DNA of 64,000 bases from Coniocarpon cinnabarinum (lineage: Eukaryota): assembly GCA_051942205.1 (NCBI GenBank), contig JAVECO010000136.1:1-64000 (forward strand), given 5' to 3'. How positions within the stretch are numbered: the first letter of the stretch is position 1; each line of letters starts with the position of its first letter. Of this stretch, positions 61,101 through 64,000 are shown one piece after another. Made by a program: the position numbers and the translations under genes. A model generated the notes under the pieces. The model saw only the letters and a list, made by a program, of their open reading frames with translations, was not told the origin of the DNA and made no database searches.

Positions 61101-64000
61101 TATTGTATATAAGAAGTACTATAATAGTTAAAAACTTAGAGTCTTTTTATAAAGGCGTTAAAGTATAAATTCTTTACTAATTTAGTTAAATTCCTAGAAT
61201 TTATTATTACTAACTAGAGCGTTAATATAAATAAGAAAAGGGTTAAAATAATTAAGAATTAACCTATATTATAGAGTATATATAATATACTTATTTTTTT
61301 AGGCTTTATAGGCTTTTATTAATAATTTATCTATAATTATACTAAATTAGTAGCTTCTCTAAATAACCTTACTAAAGACTATAAAAAAAAGAGTAAGGCT
61401 TAATAATAAAAAGAGAATAGTATAATATTAAAGAATCTCTTTTTCTAAAATATAGTAGAGTAAAAAGCTTTTAATAGGCTTTAGTAGATATTTTTAACTA
61501 CTAGAATACTAAAGCACTTTAACTCTAAACTTTTAGTAATACTCTAAATAGATATATTAGAATTTACTATTAGATTAATATTACTTTAGCTTAGTACTAG
61601 CTTAGAACTAGATATAGAGTAGAAAAGTAACTCTTAAGTATATTTATAATCTATTATATACTACTTAAAAAAATTATAAGAACCTAAATTTTACTATTAT
61701 ATAATTATTTAAGTACTTTTAATACTACTTAAAAAGTATAGTATATATTATATAAGTTTTTTATAATTATAATAACCTAAAATACTTTATAATTATAAAA
61801 AAGCTAACTAGATATTAAAGTTACTAGATAGAATTTTTATTAGTATATAACTTTATTATTAAATATAAAAAAAGTACTATAAATTCTATAAATACTCTAT
61901 TAAGATATTTAGATTATATACTTACTAGTAAGTAGGTAGATTATAATTTAATATTATTTATACTAAAATAAAGTCTTACTTATACTTTAAAAAGTATAAC
62001 TACTTAGATATAGTTTAATAGAGTAAATATTCTAGTAAACCTTATAAGGTTACTAGTATTAAAAAGAGAGTATAATATATAAGATATAGCTCTAAGAACT
62101 ATTACTATTTTTATAGTAGAGCTCTTTAGTATTTATCTAGACTTAATAAAATTTTAATACTATATCTACTAGTTATAAAAGAACCTAAATATAGCTCTAA
62201 AGTAAAATAGTACTAAACTTATAATATATAAAAAAATAGCTAGTATAGATAGGTTAATATATCTTATACTATATATATAGGCTATTATAGTAACTTAGTA
62301 TAAAATAGCTTTTAGTACTTTTATAGACCTTTTTTTTAAATTTATAAAAGCTATATAAGAAAAAAATACTTTAATAGTATAGATAGAATTAAAAAAAAAA
62401 GACTAAAAAAAAGCTAGTAAGTTAAGTAAAAGATAGTTATATCTAGATAGCTTTCTATACTTTAAAAATAAAGTATAAATATCTTAATCTTCTACTCTAA
62501 GAGTAAAATTACTATATAGAAACTATAATATAAAAAAAATAGATTATCTTAGATATATAAAGATACTTAAAATACTTTATACTAAATACTATTAAGAAGA
62601 TATTAATAATAATATAAATAAATATATTAGAAGCTATAATCTTTACTAATAGATAAAGGTAGTTTACTATAAGCTATATAGTAAATAAGTATTTTTACTA
62701 ATACCTATAAAACTACTAAAAAGTTAGATAATAGATTTTATAGTTAGTCTACTATCTAGTAATAAATTTAACTCTATTTTTATATTTTATAACTACTACT
62801 TAAAGCTAGTCTAGTATTATGCCTATACTAATATAAGTATAGCTTAGTAGTATATTAAGATCTTAATAAAAGCCTTAATATTCTTAATACTAAGTATACT
62901 TAATAATTTAATATTAGATAAAGAATCTCTTTTTACTTTAGAATTTTAGTATTTTTTCTTATATATACTAAAAATTAAAAAAAAACTAAGTATAGCCTTT
63001 TATCTATAGATAGATAAATAAACTAAGTATTAAAATTAAAGCTTAGAGTACTATCTTTAGTACTATTATTTCTATAAATAAAATAATTAAAAAGAGCTAT
63101 TAAATACTATAAAATATATCTATAATTAGGTACTTTATACTCTTACTAGTATAATATCTTTTAAGACTATATTTAGTAAAGAAAAATTTTTTTTAAATAG
63201 TCTACTAATCTTAAAAAAGATTATAAGTAGATATCTAAAAAAACTAAAAAAAAAGTTATATTTATAACTTTATCTTAAAGCTACTATAGATATAAAGTAA
63301 TACTACTTTTTATATATTATAGTAAAAAAATAATTAGCTTACTTTTATAAAGTCTAGACTAGATTTTATAATAAGAAATACTTACTAAGAATATATAAAC
63401 CTAGTAAGTAAGTATTACTTTTAGTATATAATATTAAAATAAAAAGATTATATAAAAAGCTTAACTATAAGTTTTTAGAGTTTTTTAAAGTTAAGAAAGT
63501 AATTAGTAAGTAAATATATAAGTTAAAGCTATTAAAAAATTTAAAATAGCTTTATAATATATTTTATATAATATTACTTAAGTTATACTATACTTAACCT
63601 AACTATAATCTAGGTTTAGTCTAAAAATTAGCTAACCTAATAAATTAGTAGTAGAAAATGGAAACTATACTTATATATAAATATATATTAATAGGTACTT
63701 AATACTTAATATATTAGCTTAGCTAGTTTACTAATTATAATATATAGTTACTAGTAAATAAACTAAGTAATATATAAAAGCTTTTAGATAAATATAACAT
63801 ATATAAAAGTAAGCTACTTACTATAAAAAATAGATACTTAAAAAAATAAATAAAAAAAGACTATAGATATTAAAATTATTACTATTAAAGTTAGTAGTTT
63901 AGTTAGTAGTAGACCTTTATTACTACTAAAAAATATATAACTTATACTTAAATTTTAACTACTTAGTAGTTATAGAATACTAAAAGCTTAAACTTACTAT
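58181..64000 (+). mobile_element. RIP-inactivated Ty3/Gypsy chromovirus retrotransposon; 3' end beyond the window
   Basis: De-RIP motifs in order: putative LTR ~58181-58377, CCHC knuckle 59728-59769, IDTGA ~59946, RT LRFCIDYR...MPFGLANAPATF (~60748-61000) and YLDD (61053-61064), RNase H TDAS (~61545), integrase MDFIVGLP, SDRG, STAFHPQTDGQTE (~62730-63030), GPF-type motif ~63480, chromodomain WEVE.IL...YLVHW...DTW (63652-63790). Confidence 0.9.

Overview
Left end of a chromosome from a filamentous ascomycete (Pezizomycotina): CCCTAA telomere, short GT-AG introns with CTAAC/CTGAC branch points, and heavy RIP-type mutation. Layout: telomere (1-89); a ~5.1 kb AT-rich RIP block holding a 2-kb gag+protease-only LTR element, an old inverted repeat and a probable pogo/Fot1 remnant; a ~51 kb gene island (5.2-56 kb) with about 21 genes; then a second RIP block holding a Ty3/Gypsy chromovirus that runs off the window. 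The gene island contains subtelomeric orphans, two PTH11-like receptors, secreted hydrolases, the core genes RFC3, ARC18, a MINDY deubiquitinase and TRM6, a GT90/SGNH gene pair, an F-box gene and a DUF924 gene. Most notable: (1) ARC18 only yields its conserved N-terminus through a nested [D1,2] spliceosomal twin intron; (2) two head-to-head orphan paralogs share two unrecognised motifs beside the right RIP block; (3) a non-autonomous gag-protease LTR element has asymmetrically mutated LTRs and a self-complementary PBS-position sequence; (4) an SGNH-like/GT90 fusion faces an SGNH esterase with a GC-AG intron; (5) an otherwise intact gene carries a single in-frame TAG. All product calls come from reading motifs by eye; no searches were run.
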